Positions 1-9,120 of a stretch of 64,000 bases of DNA are shown in pieces. The notes under the pieces were generated by a model, which was given only the letters and a program-made list of their open reading frames with translations, searched no databases and had not been told where the DNA came from. The number at the start of each line of letters is the position of its first letter. Position 1 is the first letter of the stretch. Origin of the DNA: an archaeon. GTDB taxonomy: Archaea; B1Sed10-29; WALL01; JAGHAM01. The position numbers were made by a program, and so were the translations under genes. Where the stretch lies: contig JAIOSL010000043.1 in assembly GCA_021107635.1 (NCBI GenBank), positions 9,873 to 73,872 of the forward strand, in the 5' to 3' direction.

Positions 1-664
1 CATCTCCTTTACGCACTGGAATACCAAGCTTACTCAAAAACAATTCACACGCTTCCTCATCCCCAGTCAAACCAGGAAAGAAAGGCTCAGAAGAAAAAGA
101 CAAGAATTGTGCTAAAGGCCTTGAATGTCTACCATACAAACTGATATCCTTTCTTGATTCAATTAAACCTGCTTTAATACCATCAGCTAAAATATCCCTA
201 TTTTTTCCAACCAGTGCGCCTGTAGAATCCTGCATGTCACCTACAGCACCAACTAAAGCTATTGGAGATAAATCTATGTTCTTTGGATCAAGAGCTTTCG
301 CAACCAAGTAAGTACATCCTGAACCAGAAATTTCTTTCGCACCATCCCAGCCAACTAAATGTGCATTAAAATGAGGTTTGTCTGTCTGGCTTAGTGTTTC
401 ATGATGATCAATAATGCCATAAGAAGAAAAATTCTTTTCTATGAGTGGAATCTGACCAGAACCCAAATCCACAAACAAATAATTTTCCCCTAAATCTTTT
501 AGAATTCCAAGACGCTCTTCGTCTAATTGCCTTGTCGGCTGGATGCGCTTTTTCTTGCCTAACCGCTCTAACATCAAAGAAGCGATCGCTCCAGCAGTCA
601 AACCATCAGCATCATAGTGACAAACCACTGCAAAATCATCTTTAGATTTTAGATATTTCAACAT
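1..664 (-). CDS. DHH-family phosphoesterase, RecJ/GAN-like (3' end runs off the window)
   Basis: Absent from the ORF track because it is open at the window edge. Reverse translation from the ATG at 664 gives MLKYLKSKDDFAVVCHYDADGLTAGAIASL...FVDLGSG...GIIDHHETLSQ, which carries the DHH-family motifs DADG, DxG and DHH. Confidence 0.7.
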   Translation of the reverse strand, partial: MLKYLKSKDDFAVVCHYDADGLTAGAIASLMLERLGKKKRIQPTRQLDEERLGILKDLGENYLFVDLGSGQIPLIEKNFSSYGIIDHHETLSQTDKPHFNAHLVGWDGAKEISGSGCTYLVAKALDPKNIDLSPIALVGAVGDMQDSTGALVGKNRDILADGIKAGLIESRKDISLYGRHSRPLAQFLSFSSEPFFPGLTGDEEACELFLSKLGIPVRKGD

Positions 665-743
665 AGACTTTAAAGGTTCCAAAATAAACACCGCGTCTTT
701 TTTTAGCGAAAGACTACTATTTATAGGCTCTGGACATGCCTCA

Positions 744-753
744 TTTATAAATA
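744..753 (+). promoter_or_regulatory. TATA-like box TTTATAAATA in the divergent intergenic region
   Basis: An AT-rich box sits about 25-30 nt upstream of the ATG at 776. That spacing fits an archaeal leaderless or very short-leader transcript. Confidence 0.35.
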
Positions 754-775
754 CCTTGACCCTAAAATAACCATA

Positions 776-2011
776 ATGGTGGGGGTAATAGAAGTAAGCA
801 TCTTTTTTGTAGGCCTAGTAATAGGTTTGGTGATAGCTCTAATCCTAACACACAAAAAATTTAGATTTTACCTGCCAAAACAAAAAGATCCCTGGGCACA
901 CCTAGAACAAATATCAAAAGAACGTGCAGAAATAAGAGCCAAACAAAAAGCACTACAAAAAGCATTTTCAAATCGGACAATTGATGAAGCAATTTTCGTT
1001 TCCAAAGACGCAGAATACACTCACCTCATAGAAAAATATGATGTTGAAATAGAAACAATTATAAACAGAATTGCATACTCTGAATTACCAGAAGAATTAA
1101 AGAAATCACAAGAACAACTGAGACAAGCAGGAGACATTAGAACACTAGCAAAAACGATAAAACAACTTGAAAAAGAAAAAATCGAGCTCCAACACCAAAT
1201 GGAAAACAAACAAATACAAATGAGAGACATTGACGAAGAACGAAAAAGAACACTAGCAAAAAAGAACCAGCTCGAAGAAAAATATGATGCAATAGGCGAA
1301 GAAATGAAAAAAGAAAAAAATAAAGTAGAAAAACTTTCAAAAACCAGGGAAAAACTAGAAGATCGAATCTCAGACCTGGAAGCGAAAGAAAGTCCAAGCG
1401 AAGAATTAAACAACCTAAAAAGAGAAAATCGCTTACTGCGCGAAAGTCTTGAAGAAAAAAACAAACGCATGAATCAACTATCCAAAAATCTTGGCGTGCT
1501 CAAAACAGTGTTTGACAAATATACGGACATAATAGAAGAAAAAGAATCCAAAACTGCAGAAGAATTAAAACGTTTAGTCCAACCAAACAACCAAGGAATA
1601 ATATCTGTTGCCAAAGCATACAACACACCAAAAAAAGCCTTTGAATTTGTCAGAGACAACATAAGTGAAGTCACACCTAACATTTCTGCAACCTACTGGC
1701 TAACAGTAGATGACATGTTAAGATTAAGAGCAGCAGACACAGAAGATGAATCCATCCTACTTTGTTCACTCTTAAGAACACTAGGAGAAAATGCTCATGT
1801 TATAGTCGTTGAACTTGACAGAGGAACAGTAAAAACCATAGTATCACTAGAAGATAGAATCCTAGACCCAAGCATCAAAAGCAACTTTGATGATTACGTA
1901 GGAATAAGCGAAGAAGAAGCACTCAAAAAATATATGTTCAACGGAGAATTCGTAAAACAAGTACTCTACAGATTCAACGACAAAAACTACCAAACACAAG
2001 GGGAACAATAA
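776..2011 (+). CDS. Membrane-anchored coiled-coil protein with a C-terminal transglutaminase-like fold (catalytic Cys position not conserved)
   Basis: 411-aa ORF with an N-terminal TM helix (VIEVSIFFVGLVIGLVIALIL) and a long K/E-rich heptad region. The C terminus reads ...TEDESILLCSLLRTLGENAHVIVVE and resembles the TGase core segment (GxCxxF..LLRaxGIPaR), but a Thr sits at the nucleophile position. Confidence 0.55.
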   Translation: MVGVIEVSIFFVGLVIGLVIALILTHKKFRFYLPKQKDPWAHLEQISKERAEIRAKQKALQKAFSNRTIDEAIFVSKDAEYTHLIEKYDVEIETIINRIAYSELPEELKKSQEQLRQAGDIRTLAKTIKQLEKEKIELQHQMENKQIQMRDIDEERKRTLAKKNQLEEKYDAIGEEMKKEKNKVEKLSKTREKLEDRISDLEAKESPSEELNNLKRENRLLRESLEEKNKRMNQLSKNLGVLKTVFDKYTDIIEEKESKTAEELKRLVQPNNQGIISVAKAYNTPKKAFEFVRDNISEVTPNISATYWLTVDDMLRLRAADTEDESILLCSLLRTLGENAHVIVVELDRGTVKTIVSLEDRILDPSIKSNFDDYVGISEEEALKKYMFNGEFVKQVLYRFNDKNYQTQGEQ

Positions 2012-2187
2012 TGACTGCAAAAATAGATAAAAACAAATGCTGCTATTGTGGAGGATGTACCTCAGTATGCCCAGTAGGAGCCCTGCAACTTAAAGAAACA
2101 TACATAGAATGCGACGCAACCAAATGCATCAATTGTGGCGCATGTCAAAAAATATGTCCAGTAGGAGCAATAAAGGTGGAAAAATGA
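2011..2187 (+). CDS. 2x[4Fe-4S] ferredoxin (58 aa)
   Basis: Below the ORF-track size cutoff. It translates as MTAKIDKNKCCYCGGCTSVCPVGALQLKETYIECDATKCINCGACQKICPVGAIKVEK, with two CxxCxxCxxxCP motifs. Its ATG overlaps the upstream stop, and its own stop overlaps the next ATG (ATGA). Confidence 0.75.
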   Translation: MTAKIDKNKCCYCGGCTSVCPVGALQLKETYIECDATKCINCGACQKICPVGAIKVEK

Positions 2188-3395
2188 ACTACGATAAAGA
2201 ATGGGACGTCATAATTGTAGGTGCAGGACCCGGCGGAAACAAATGTGCAGAAGCATTTGCAAAACGTGGAATGAAAACTATAGTCATAGATCGCAAACAA
2301 GAAATAGGCACGCCGAAACGCTGCGGAGAAGGGCTTTCAATGCGATGGATAAAAATCGCTGAACAAGAACCCTGTCCACGCTGGGCACTCCAAGAAATCC
2401 ACGGAGCCATACTAATTTCTCCCACAGGCAAAAAAATCGAAATAGATACCCGAAAAACAGGACAAACAGGATACATAATCGAACGCAAAATGTGGGAAAA
2501 AGAACTCGCCGCTAATGCTATAAGAGCAGGCGCAAAATACATGCTCAAAGCTCTAGTAACAGAACTAATCAAAAAAGAAGATCAAATAGTAGGCGTGAAA
2601 GTCAACCACGAAAGCCAAGACCTCAAACTTCACGCTAAACTAGTAATCGCAGCAGATGGAATAGACTCGCTAATAGCAAGACAAGCAGGACTCAACACAC
2701 AACTACCACTCACAGAATGTGACTCTGGCTATCAATACGAAATGGCAGGAATTAAACCATTAGACCCACACAAAATGGAATTATACTTTGGCAACGAAGT
2801 ATCGCCTAGAGGATACGTTTGGATATTCCCAAAAAGTGAAGACACAGCCAACGTTGGCATAGGCATACGCGGAGACCTTGATAAAACAGCAAAAGAATAC
2901 CTAGACGAATGGATAGAAAAGAACACAGAACGCTTCGAAAAAGCAAGCATAATAGAAATTAATTCAGGAGTCATACCCGTAACTGCCCCAATACCAGAAA
3001 AAGTTGCCAATGGCTTAATGGTAATCGGCGACGCAGCCAGAATGGTCAATCCCATCCATGGTGGAGGAATCGGCTCAGCAATGGAAGCAGGAATGCTCGC
3101 AGCAGAAGTAGGCACAAACGCAATCAAAGAAAACGATTTATCAGCAAACCGCCTGAAAGAATATCAAGAACGCTGGGAAGAACTCAGAGGAAAAGAATTC
3201 AAAAAAATACTTAAAGTCAGACAATTCTTTGAAAAACTAGACGACGAACAAATGGAAATAATAGCAGATTCAGTAGAACCACAAACTCTTTTAGACCTAG
3301 GACATGGAAAAGGACTGAAAAAAATTCTTGCTATCATGACACAAATGGGACCAGCAAGCGCAAAACTTGCAATGTCATTCCTCAAAAAACTCTAA
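2184..3395 (+). CDS. Geranylgeranyl reductase family flavoprotein (digeranylgeranylglycerophospholipid reductase-like)
   Basis: MNYDKEWDVIIVGAGPGG is an FAD dinucleotide-binding motif, and RCGEG, VIAADG and GDAARMVNPIHGGGIG are typical of GGR. The track start at 2109 would overlap the ferredoxin, so I prefer the ATG at 2184. Confidence 0.85.
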   Translation: MNYDKEWDVIIVGAGPGGNKCAEAFAKRGMKTIVIDRKQEIGTPKRCGEGLSMRWIKIAEQEPCPRWALQEIHGAILISPTGKKIEIDTRKTGQTGYIIERKMWEKELAANAIRAGAKYMLKALVTELIKKEDQIVGVKVNHESQDLKLHAKLVIAADGIDSLIARQAGLNTQLPLTECDSGYQYEMAGIKPLDPHKMELYFGNEVSPRGYVWIFPKSEDTANVGIGIRGDLDKTAKEYLDEWIEKNTERFEKASIIEINSGVIPVTAPIPEKVANGLMVIGDAARMVNPIHGGGIGSAMEAGMLAAEVGTNAIKENDLSANRLKEYQERWEELRGKEFKKILKVRQFFEKLDDEQMEIIADSVEPQTLLDLGHGKGLKKILAIMTQMGPASAKLAMSFLKKL

Positions 3396-3428
3396 CTATT
3401 TAATACTCTCCCAGCCTAATCAAAAAAG

Positions 3429-4364
3429 ATGAAAAAGCCCTACGCAACGCTACTCATAATACTCATAGCAACAGCTACATACCTAACAATGTCTCAAGGC
3501 AACCTCTACGTAAACCCAGTAACAAAAATGTACGACTATGGAGTCAAACGTGACCCAATCTGCGAACGCTGGGAAAACAACACCTGCAGAGAATACGTCT
3601 GCGCAAAAACAGAAAACAACACTTGCAAAGAATACGCCTACCAAATAAACTACCTAGGCGCGTTCACATACTCATTCATGCACATAGTAATCAAACACCT
3701 ACTAATAAACATGATAATGCTCCTAGCCATACGCTGGGTAATAGAAACCAAACTAGAAAAAAAACTATTGATAGGCATCTTCTTATTCTCTGGAATACTT
3801 GCAGGCCTAGGTTATGCACTAGCAAACCCACACAGTTGGGTAATAGGAGCTTCAGCAGGCGTAGCAGGAATGCTCGTAGCAGCATACCTAGTCGACGTGA
3901 AAAAAACAATCATAGTCCTCACAGGCTCAGTACTATTACTTTCTTGCATAGTACTCCCACTAACAGATTATACAATACACCAGTTAACCACAAGCCATGA
4001 ACAACAACTCAACAACACCCAACAAGAAATACAAAAAATAAACGAAACCATAAAACAAGTAGAAAAAACCATACAAGAAAAACAAGAAAAAGGAGAAAAT
4101 GCCACTCAAGAAATCAAACAAATACAAAACCTAACCAAACAACTAAACCAAACAATAATCAAAAAAGAAACAGTAACAACAGAAAAAGAAACAATAAAAG
4201 AAGGCTCAGAAAAAGAAAAAGAAACACCCGCCTCAGACCTAATACATATGCTAGGAGCACTATTTGGAATAGTCTACATGCTAGCATTCAAAAGAATATC
4301 CTTCGAATGGTTCATAACAGACCTCAAAAAATACTGGAACTGGATGAAAAAGAAATGGCACTAA
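3429..4364 (+). CDS. Rhomboid-family intramembrane serine protease with a long insert between the Ser and His helices
   Basis: FMHIVIKHLLINMIMLL matches the HxxxxHxxxN motif. GASAGVAGML holds the catalytic Ser and IHMLGALFG the catalytic His. About 85 aa of Q/K/E/T-rich sequence separates the last two. Confidence 0.7.
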   Translation: MKKPYATLLIILIATATYLTMSQGNLYVNPVTKMYDYGVKRDPICERWENNTCREYVCAKTENNTCKEYAYQINYLGAFTYSFMHIVIKHLLINMIMLLAIRWVIETKLEKKLLIGIFLFSGILAGLGYALANPHSWVIGASAGVAGMLVAAYLVDVKKTIIVLTGSVLLLSCIVLPLTDYTIHQLTTSHEQQLNNTQQEIQKINETIKQVEKTIQEKQEKGENATQEIKQIQNLTKQLNQTIIKKETVTTEKETIKEGSEKEKETPASDLIHMLGALFGIVYMLAFKRISFEWFITDLKKYWNWMKKKWH

Positions 4365-5368
4365 CAAACCTAGAAATTCACTGGCTCACAGAAGAACTGA
4401 CTTGCCTGCAAGGCTGCTTCTTCGAAAAAATGCAAGACATAAAAGAAGGACACAAATTCCGATTCACAGCTCATGACCTAATAATCGCACTCCCAGAAAG
4501 AATACACTTAACACGCTACCCATACACAGCAAGCACACCATCCAACCTTGCAATGTACGCTAGAAAACACCTGAAAGGAAGCAAAGTCAAAAAAGTAAGC
4601 CAACAAGGCTTTGATCGAGTCATAACCATAGAACTAGAAAACGGCTTCTCAATAATAATCGAACTCTTCGCAAAAGGAAATATCATCATAACCAATGAAA
4701 ACAAAACCAAACACTGCCTCAGAAGAGAATCATGGAAAGACAGAGAAATCAAACCAACCAAAGAATACAAATACCCCCAATCAAACAAACTCAACCCAAA
4801 AAAAATGACACAACAAGAATTCAACGAAATATTCAAAATAGACACAATAAGAAGCCTAGTAAAAAACATTAACATGAGCGGGAAATACTTAGAAGAAGTA
4901 TGCAGACACGCAAAAGTAGACAAACTCTCAAAAAATCCATCTGGAAAAGAAAAAACCATGCTCTTCAAAGAAATCAAAAAACTACTAGAAGAACATAAAC
5001 CAGGCCTACAATCAGAACCAGTTGCAACCAAACTAACCATACCAGAAGACTATACACCAAAAGAAACACTTAACCAAGCAATAGACGATTACTACTCACC
5101 AGAAGAAAACAAAGAGATAGCAACCTTCCCAAAACTAGAAAAACGCTTGAAAAAACAAGAAGAAAGCCTCCAAGAACTAAAAAAAAGAGCTATTGAAACC
5201 AAACAAAAAGGAGACCTCATATACGCACACTTTAATGAATTACAAACCATGCTCGCAAAAGCAAACCAACTTAAAAAACAAGGAAAAACATGGAAAGAAA
5301 TAGAAACAGAACTAGGAATAACAATAAACACAAAAACCAGAAAAACCAAAATAACATTAAGTGAATAA
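4355..5368 (+). CDS. NFACT-N / FbpA-like protein (short RqcH-type ribosome quality-control homologue)
   Basis: MALTNLEIHWLTEELTCLQGCFFEKMQDIKEGHKFRF...IIELFAKGNIIITNE matches the NFACT N-terminal domain pattern, and a coiled coil follows. I prefer the ATG at 4355, which is in frame with the track start at 4307. Confidence 0.6.
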   Translation: MALTNLEIHWLTEELTCLQGCFFEKMQDIKEGHKFRFTAHDLIIALPERIHLTRYPYTASTPSNLAMYARKHLKGSKVKKVSQQGFDRVITIELENGFSIIIELFAKGNIIITNENKTKHCLRRESWKDREIKPTKEYKYPQSNKLNPKKMTQQEFNEIFKIDTIRSLVKNINMSGKYLEEVCRHAKVDKLSKNPSGKEKTMLFKEIKKLLEEHKPGLQSEPVATKLTIPEDYTPKETLNQAIDDYYSPEENKEIATFPKLEKRLKKQEESLQELKKRAIETKQKGDLIYAHFNELQTMLAKANQLKKQGKTWKEIETELGITINTKTRKTKITLSE

Positions 5369-5369
5369 C

Positions 5370-5753
5370 ATGAAAAAAATCAGGAGAGCAGTATATAACA
5401 GAGAAGGCCCACACAGAATGGAAGGAACCATGATAAAAATGCTTCACAACGAAAAAATTGGAAACTATGCGTTCATTCACAAAAATAGAGCTGAAAAACT
5501 AGGATTCAAAAAAGAACATATTACAAGCCATAGTATGAGAATAGAAGAAACTACTACCGAACAACTAAAAAGCACTGACCTAGTAAGTAAAAAAGGTTGG
5601 ATAACAGAAAAAGCAAAAACTGAACAAGGACAAGAATTACATTTAGTAACAATACCAGACAACCATGAAGTGCTAACAGGACTACTAGAAAAAGTAAAAA
5701 AAGGACAAGAACCAGAAATAAAAAAAGGTTCTTACCACTTTAAAATCTTTTAG
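5370..5753 (+). CDS. Hypothetical basic protein
   Basis: ORF immediately downstream of the NFACT-N gene on the same strand. I recognise no motif. Confidence 0.4.
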   Translation: MKKIRRAVYNREGPHRMEGTMIKMLHNEKIGNYAFIHKNRAEKLGFKKEHITSHSMRIEETTTEQLKSTDLVSKKGWITEKAKTEQGQELHLVTIPDNHEVLTGLLEKVKKGQEPEIKKGSYHFKIF

Positions 5754-8202
5754 ACACAAAGAAAGCTAACCCAGGCAATATAACAATCATCAACAAAAGC
5801 ATTGTCAAAGGATACTCACTGCCAGTATACTCAGTATCAACTTCAATAACAAAACTAGTCCTAGTCAAATTATAAAGCATAGAACCATCAGCCAAACTAT
5901 AAATACTTGCATTAGTAGTATACTGTCCAGAATCAGGAGGCACCCAAGAGAAACCCTTATAACGCATAGTTGAACCAGGAAGAACCGCTTCATCACTTGA
6001 ATTATCAAAGACTAAGTCGCCGCTTGAATTAAACACTCTAAAGATAATTTCATAACCCTCTCCTTGACCACCACGATTAGAAACTAAAACAAAAGACTCT
6101 GAAGTTATCCCACGTACTATAGGCTGAACCAACTCAATCTCCTCAACCACCAACTGAGCAGGAGGCAAATCCACTACAATCACAGTTGGATCATTATCAG
6201 AAATTCTACTAGTCCTATTAGTAACCACTAAATCTACAGCATAAGATCCTGGAGCACCACACGGAAAATCAGGAGTTATTTCAGCACTATGCCAAACACC
6301 AAAAGCAGCAGGACCCCTAACAGTCCAATAAAACTCAAAAATGGTACCAAGAGCAGCTTCACTACAAGAATGCATTGGAACACACTCACAAGAAGTCAAA
6401 TTTTGACAAGAGCCAGTGGCATCAAGAGAGATAACCTGGCCAGAGAAACAACTATATGTACCACCTGCATCTGCTAAAGGCTCAGAAGCAAAGAAAGAAA
6501 TGTTCCACAAATCAATCCGAGGAGTCTCCCCATAAACATCAGTAAACATCTCACCATACAAAACCACAGAAGGAACATCCACAACATTAACATCAGTCAT
6601 ATCAACACATTGCACCTCAGAAACACCAGAAAAAAAATCAGAACAATCAGGACACTCAGTACTATTAATAAGAAAACCAGACCCATTCAACACATAAAAA
6701 GTAGAATTAGTGTCTGATGTTCCAGAATCATGAAGGTTATCAAAACAAAAACGCCCCCAACCTTTTAACGGTTCTGTTGCCGTACCCGGTATATACTCAT
6801 ATGAACTGATATGACCACTTCGGTAAGCACCAAAACTGTTAATATCAGTTATTTCAATTTCTCCGCCAGAACTAGAACCAATAGAAATGTTTATTTCACA
6901 AAATTTCTCTTCAGTAATCGGATCTGTCACGTTAGTACAAGCAGCACAACTACAAACAGGACTCGTCTGCAAATGATACATAAGCCACGGAGCAATATTC
7001 ACAACATTCCCAAACCCAAGTTCTCCAGATTTAATCCACTCTTGAGTACCATTCCCACCAACATCAATATACACATCCTCAGGAGTATTAAACGCAATAT
7101 TTCGTGCAATCATCTCATAAATTTGACTAAGCTCAGCCGCATCAGGTGCAAAAAAGTAATACCCCCTAGCATCAGTACCAGAAGCATTAACAGCAGCAGC
7201 CATCGCAGTCAAAGTACCAACATCAGCACCACTCCCAAAACCAATAACATACAAAGAGATATTAGCAGCTCCGACTTCTCCTGACTTTGAAATAGCTTCA
7301 AGAATAGCAGCAGCAGTATCTGGAGGAGCATCACAATAATCATCAATTCCACCACATAACCCAGTAGACCAACAAGTACCCAATACATCTCTTGCTTGCC
7401 CATCAGTCATCAATAAAATAACCTTATTATCAGACAAAGTATAATCATCTAAAAGAGCCATAGAAACGTTAAGACCAGCACTTATAGGCGTATCGCCATA
7501 AGCAGTATAAGAATCAACACTAGAACTCAAAGAAATATTGTCATCACTCATACAATGAGTAACCTCAGCATGTGCCCTACGCGGCGAACCACTCCAATAA
7601 CCATAAGAAACCAACCCTAATCTAGTATCTGAATGCTCACTTCCATTCAAAACAGTAAAAGTAAAAAGTTTATCCGCATCCTTCGCATCACACATCTTAC
7701 AACCACAAGCACAACCCGGACCAACACAAGTAGCAGGATTACAATCCCCACAAGGATTTGCAGTAGACCCCCCAGAAGACCAAGGATCCCCCGGAGAACC
7801 ATCATAACAATCAAAATACATACTCCCAGAAACATCCGTAGAAACAACAGCACCAACAGGCCTAGGCTCATTAATATCAAGAACCAAACCAGTCATATTT
7901 ATCTCAAAAGTTGTGATGTTAATATCAAGAGGAAGACGTATCAGCATAGTAGAATTTTCACTGGATTGTGCAATTGAGATATTAATTTCAGAAGAACCAT
8001 CAGACAAATTAATCTCATAAGCATCAGCCAAACCCATATACCCACCAAAAAGACTACAAGTATGGTTATGACCAGTTGAATTATCATCGTCAATCAAATT
8101 AGTTTTAGCAGTACCTATGCAAAAAGTATCTTCCTGAAAACCAGAAAAACACAAGGGCAAAAGAATCAACAAAATCAACAAACCAGACGCAACTTTAATC
8201 AT
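5740..8202 (-). CDS. Large secreted, C-terminally anchored surface protein: vWA domain with a Cys-rich insert, plus PKD-like and CARDB-like modules (copy 1)
   Basis: Signal peptide MIKVASGLLILLILLPLCFSG. vWA MIDAS signature STDVSGSM ... ILLMTDGQA ... VIGFGSGAD. PKD-like segment FYWTVRG...GSYAVDLVVTN. CARDB-like segment LVVEEIELVQP...VLVSNRGG. C-terminal TM helix. The ATG at 8202 is preceded by AGGTGA; the track start at 8211 is a GTG inside that motif. Confidence 0.8.
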   Translation of the reverse strand: MIKVASGLLILLILLPLCFSGFQEDTFCIGTAKTNLIDDDNSTGHNHTCSLFGGYMGLADAYEINLSDGSSEINISIAQSSENSTMLIRLPLDINITTFEINMTGLVLDINEPRPVGAVVSTDVSGSMYFDCYDGSPGDPWSSGGSTANPCGDCNPATCVGPGCACGCKMCDAKDADKLFTFTVLNGSEHSDTRLGLVSYGYWSGSPRRAHAEVTHCMSDDNISLSSSVDSYTAYGDTPISAGLNVSMALLDDYTLSDNKVILLMTDGQARDVLGTCWSTGLCGGIDDYCDAPPDTAAAILEAISKSGEVGAANISLYVIGFGSGADVGTLTAMAAAVNASGTDARGYYFFAPDAAELSQIYEMIARNIAFNTPEDVYIDVGGNGTQEWIKSGELGFGNVVNIAPWLMYHLQTSPVCSCAACTNVTDPITEEKFCEINISIGSSSGGEIEITDINSFGAYRSGHISSYEYIPGTATEPLKGWGRFCFDNLHDSGTSDTNSTFYVLNGSGFLINSTECPDCSDFFSGVSEVQCVDMTDVNVVDVPSVVLYGEMFTDVYGETPRIDLWNISFFASEPLADAGGTYSCFSGQVISLDATGSCQNLTSCECVPMHSCSEAALGTIFEFYWTVRGPAAFGVWHSAEITPDFPCGAPGSYAVDLVVTNRTSRISDNDPTVIVVDLPPAQLVVEEIELVQPIVRGITSESFVLVSNRGGQGEGYEIIFRVFNSSGDLVFDNSSDEAVLPGSTMRYKGFSWVPPDSGQYTTNASIYSLADGSMLYNLTRTSFVIEVDTEYTGSEYPLTMLLLMIVILPGLAFFVSKRF
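6863..6987. repeat. 125-nt block identical to 10235..10359, inside the two vWA paralogues
   Basis: Aligned by eye. The run ccgccagaactagaaccaatagaaatg...gcaaatgatacataagcca is identical in both copies, while the flanking sequence is clearly diverged. Confidence 0.8.
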
Positions 8203-9049
8203 CAGAATCACCTACAAAAGAAAAACACAAAGCACCATCAACTGTACTGTTAAAAACCAAAACCCAGTCGTTCAAAGTAATATTCTCACCAGGATTCAAA
8301 ACCTTAGTTTCTTCAACACCGAAATGATTAACCAAAACTTCAACAGCACCCTCAGAACCACCTTCTGAAAAAGACGCAGAAAACAAATAATCACCAATCT
8401 TAACCGTCTGGCCACTCAAAACTGAAAACTTCTCTTCAACCTCCAACTCAGGATAATCCAACTTTAACCAAACACCATGATACACTTTTTTCAAAACAGA
8501 AAGCTCATAAGAATTAAGATTTGCCCCACTCCAATACCAAATATCAAAAACTTCACCTTCTTTTAAATTTAAAACATCCGTCCGATTATTAGGAAAAGCT
8601 ACATCCATACGCATTTTCACATAATCAGACAATTTGAAGTTAATACCATCAACAGTTACTTCCTGATTAAAACAAACAGAAAAATTCTCGCCCAAACTAG
8701 CCTTGCCAACACCGCTAGGATTCATGCAAGCACACTCCATAGGCAAGTCCTGCGGACAACTTACACAATCCTCCCTTGGATCAGCAATACCATTCCCACA
8801 AATCCACATTCCAGCATAAGGATCTCCAGAACCATTTTCAGTAACATTATTTTCTGGAGTGAAAGGAAGGACAGACCCATTAGAACCATTAGGATGAGCA
8901 CTGTTATTGACAGTCACATTAGGTAAAATCGGCTGAGTATCAGACATAGTCAAAACAAAAACTAAAACCAAAACAAACGACAATAAAATTAAACCAATAG
9001 CAACCTTAAGCAAACGAGGAGAAGTCCTAGCTATCAAACGTTTAACCAT
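8195..9049 (-). CDS. N-terminally anchored Cys-motif protein, partner of the vWA protein (copy 1)
   Basis: MVKRLIARTSPRLLKVAIGLILLSFVLVLVFVL forms a TM helix. The conserved motif is PYAGMWICGNGIADPREDCVSCPQDLPMECAC. Its stop overlaps the downstream ATG as ATGATTAA. Confidence 0.7.
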   Translation of the reverse strand: MVKRLIARTSPRLLKVAIGLILLSFVLVLVFVLTMSDTQPILPNVTVNNSAHPNGSNGSVLPFTPENNVTENGSGDPYAGMWICGNGIADPREDCVSCPQDLPMECACMNPSGVGKASLGENFSVCFNQEVTVDGINFKLSDYVKMRMDVAFPNNRTDVLNLKEGEVFDIWYWSGANLNSYELSVLKKVYHGVWLKLDYPELEVEEKFSVLSGQTVKIGDYLFSASFSEGGSEGAVEVLVNHFGVEETKVLNPGENITLNDWVLVFNSTVDGALCFSFVGDSDD

Positions 9050-9120
9050 AAAAAAGCACCAACAAAACAAAAGAAATAGAGATATATAAAAGTGCCGGCA
9101 AACTCCCCTCCAAAAAATGA

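Noticed and set aside
2109-2183. Longer N terminus for geranylgeranyl reductase (track start 2109)
   Set aside because: It would overlap the well-formed ferredoxin ORF in another frame. The FAD-binding GxGxxG motif begins right after the ATG at 2184, which forms an ATGA overlap with the ferredoxin stop.
5740-5830. A PGF-CTERM/archaeosortase sorting signal at the C termini of the vWA proteins (LPGLAFF / LPGIAFF)
   Set aside because: The PG(L/I) tripeptide lies near the end of the TM helix rather than before it, and the preceding Thr/Ser-rich linker typical of PGF-CTERM is absent. It cannot be called from sequence alone.
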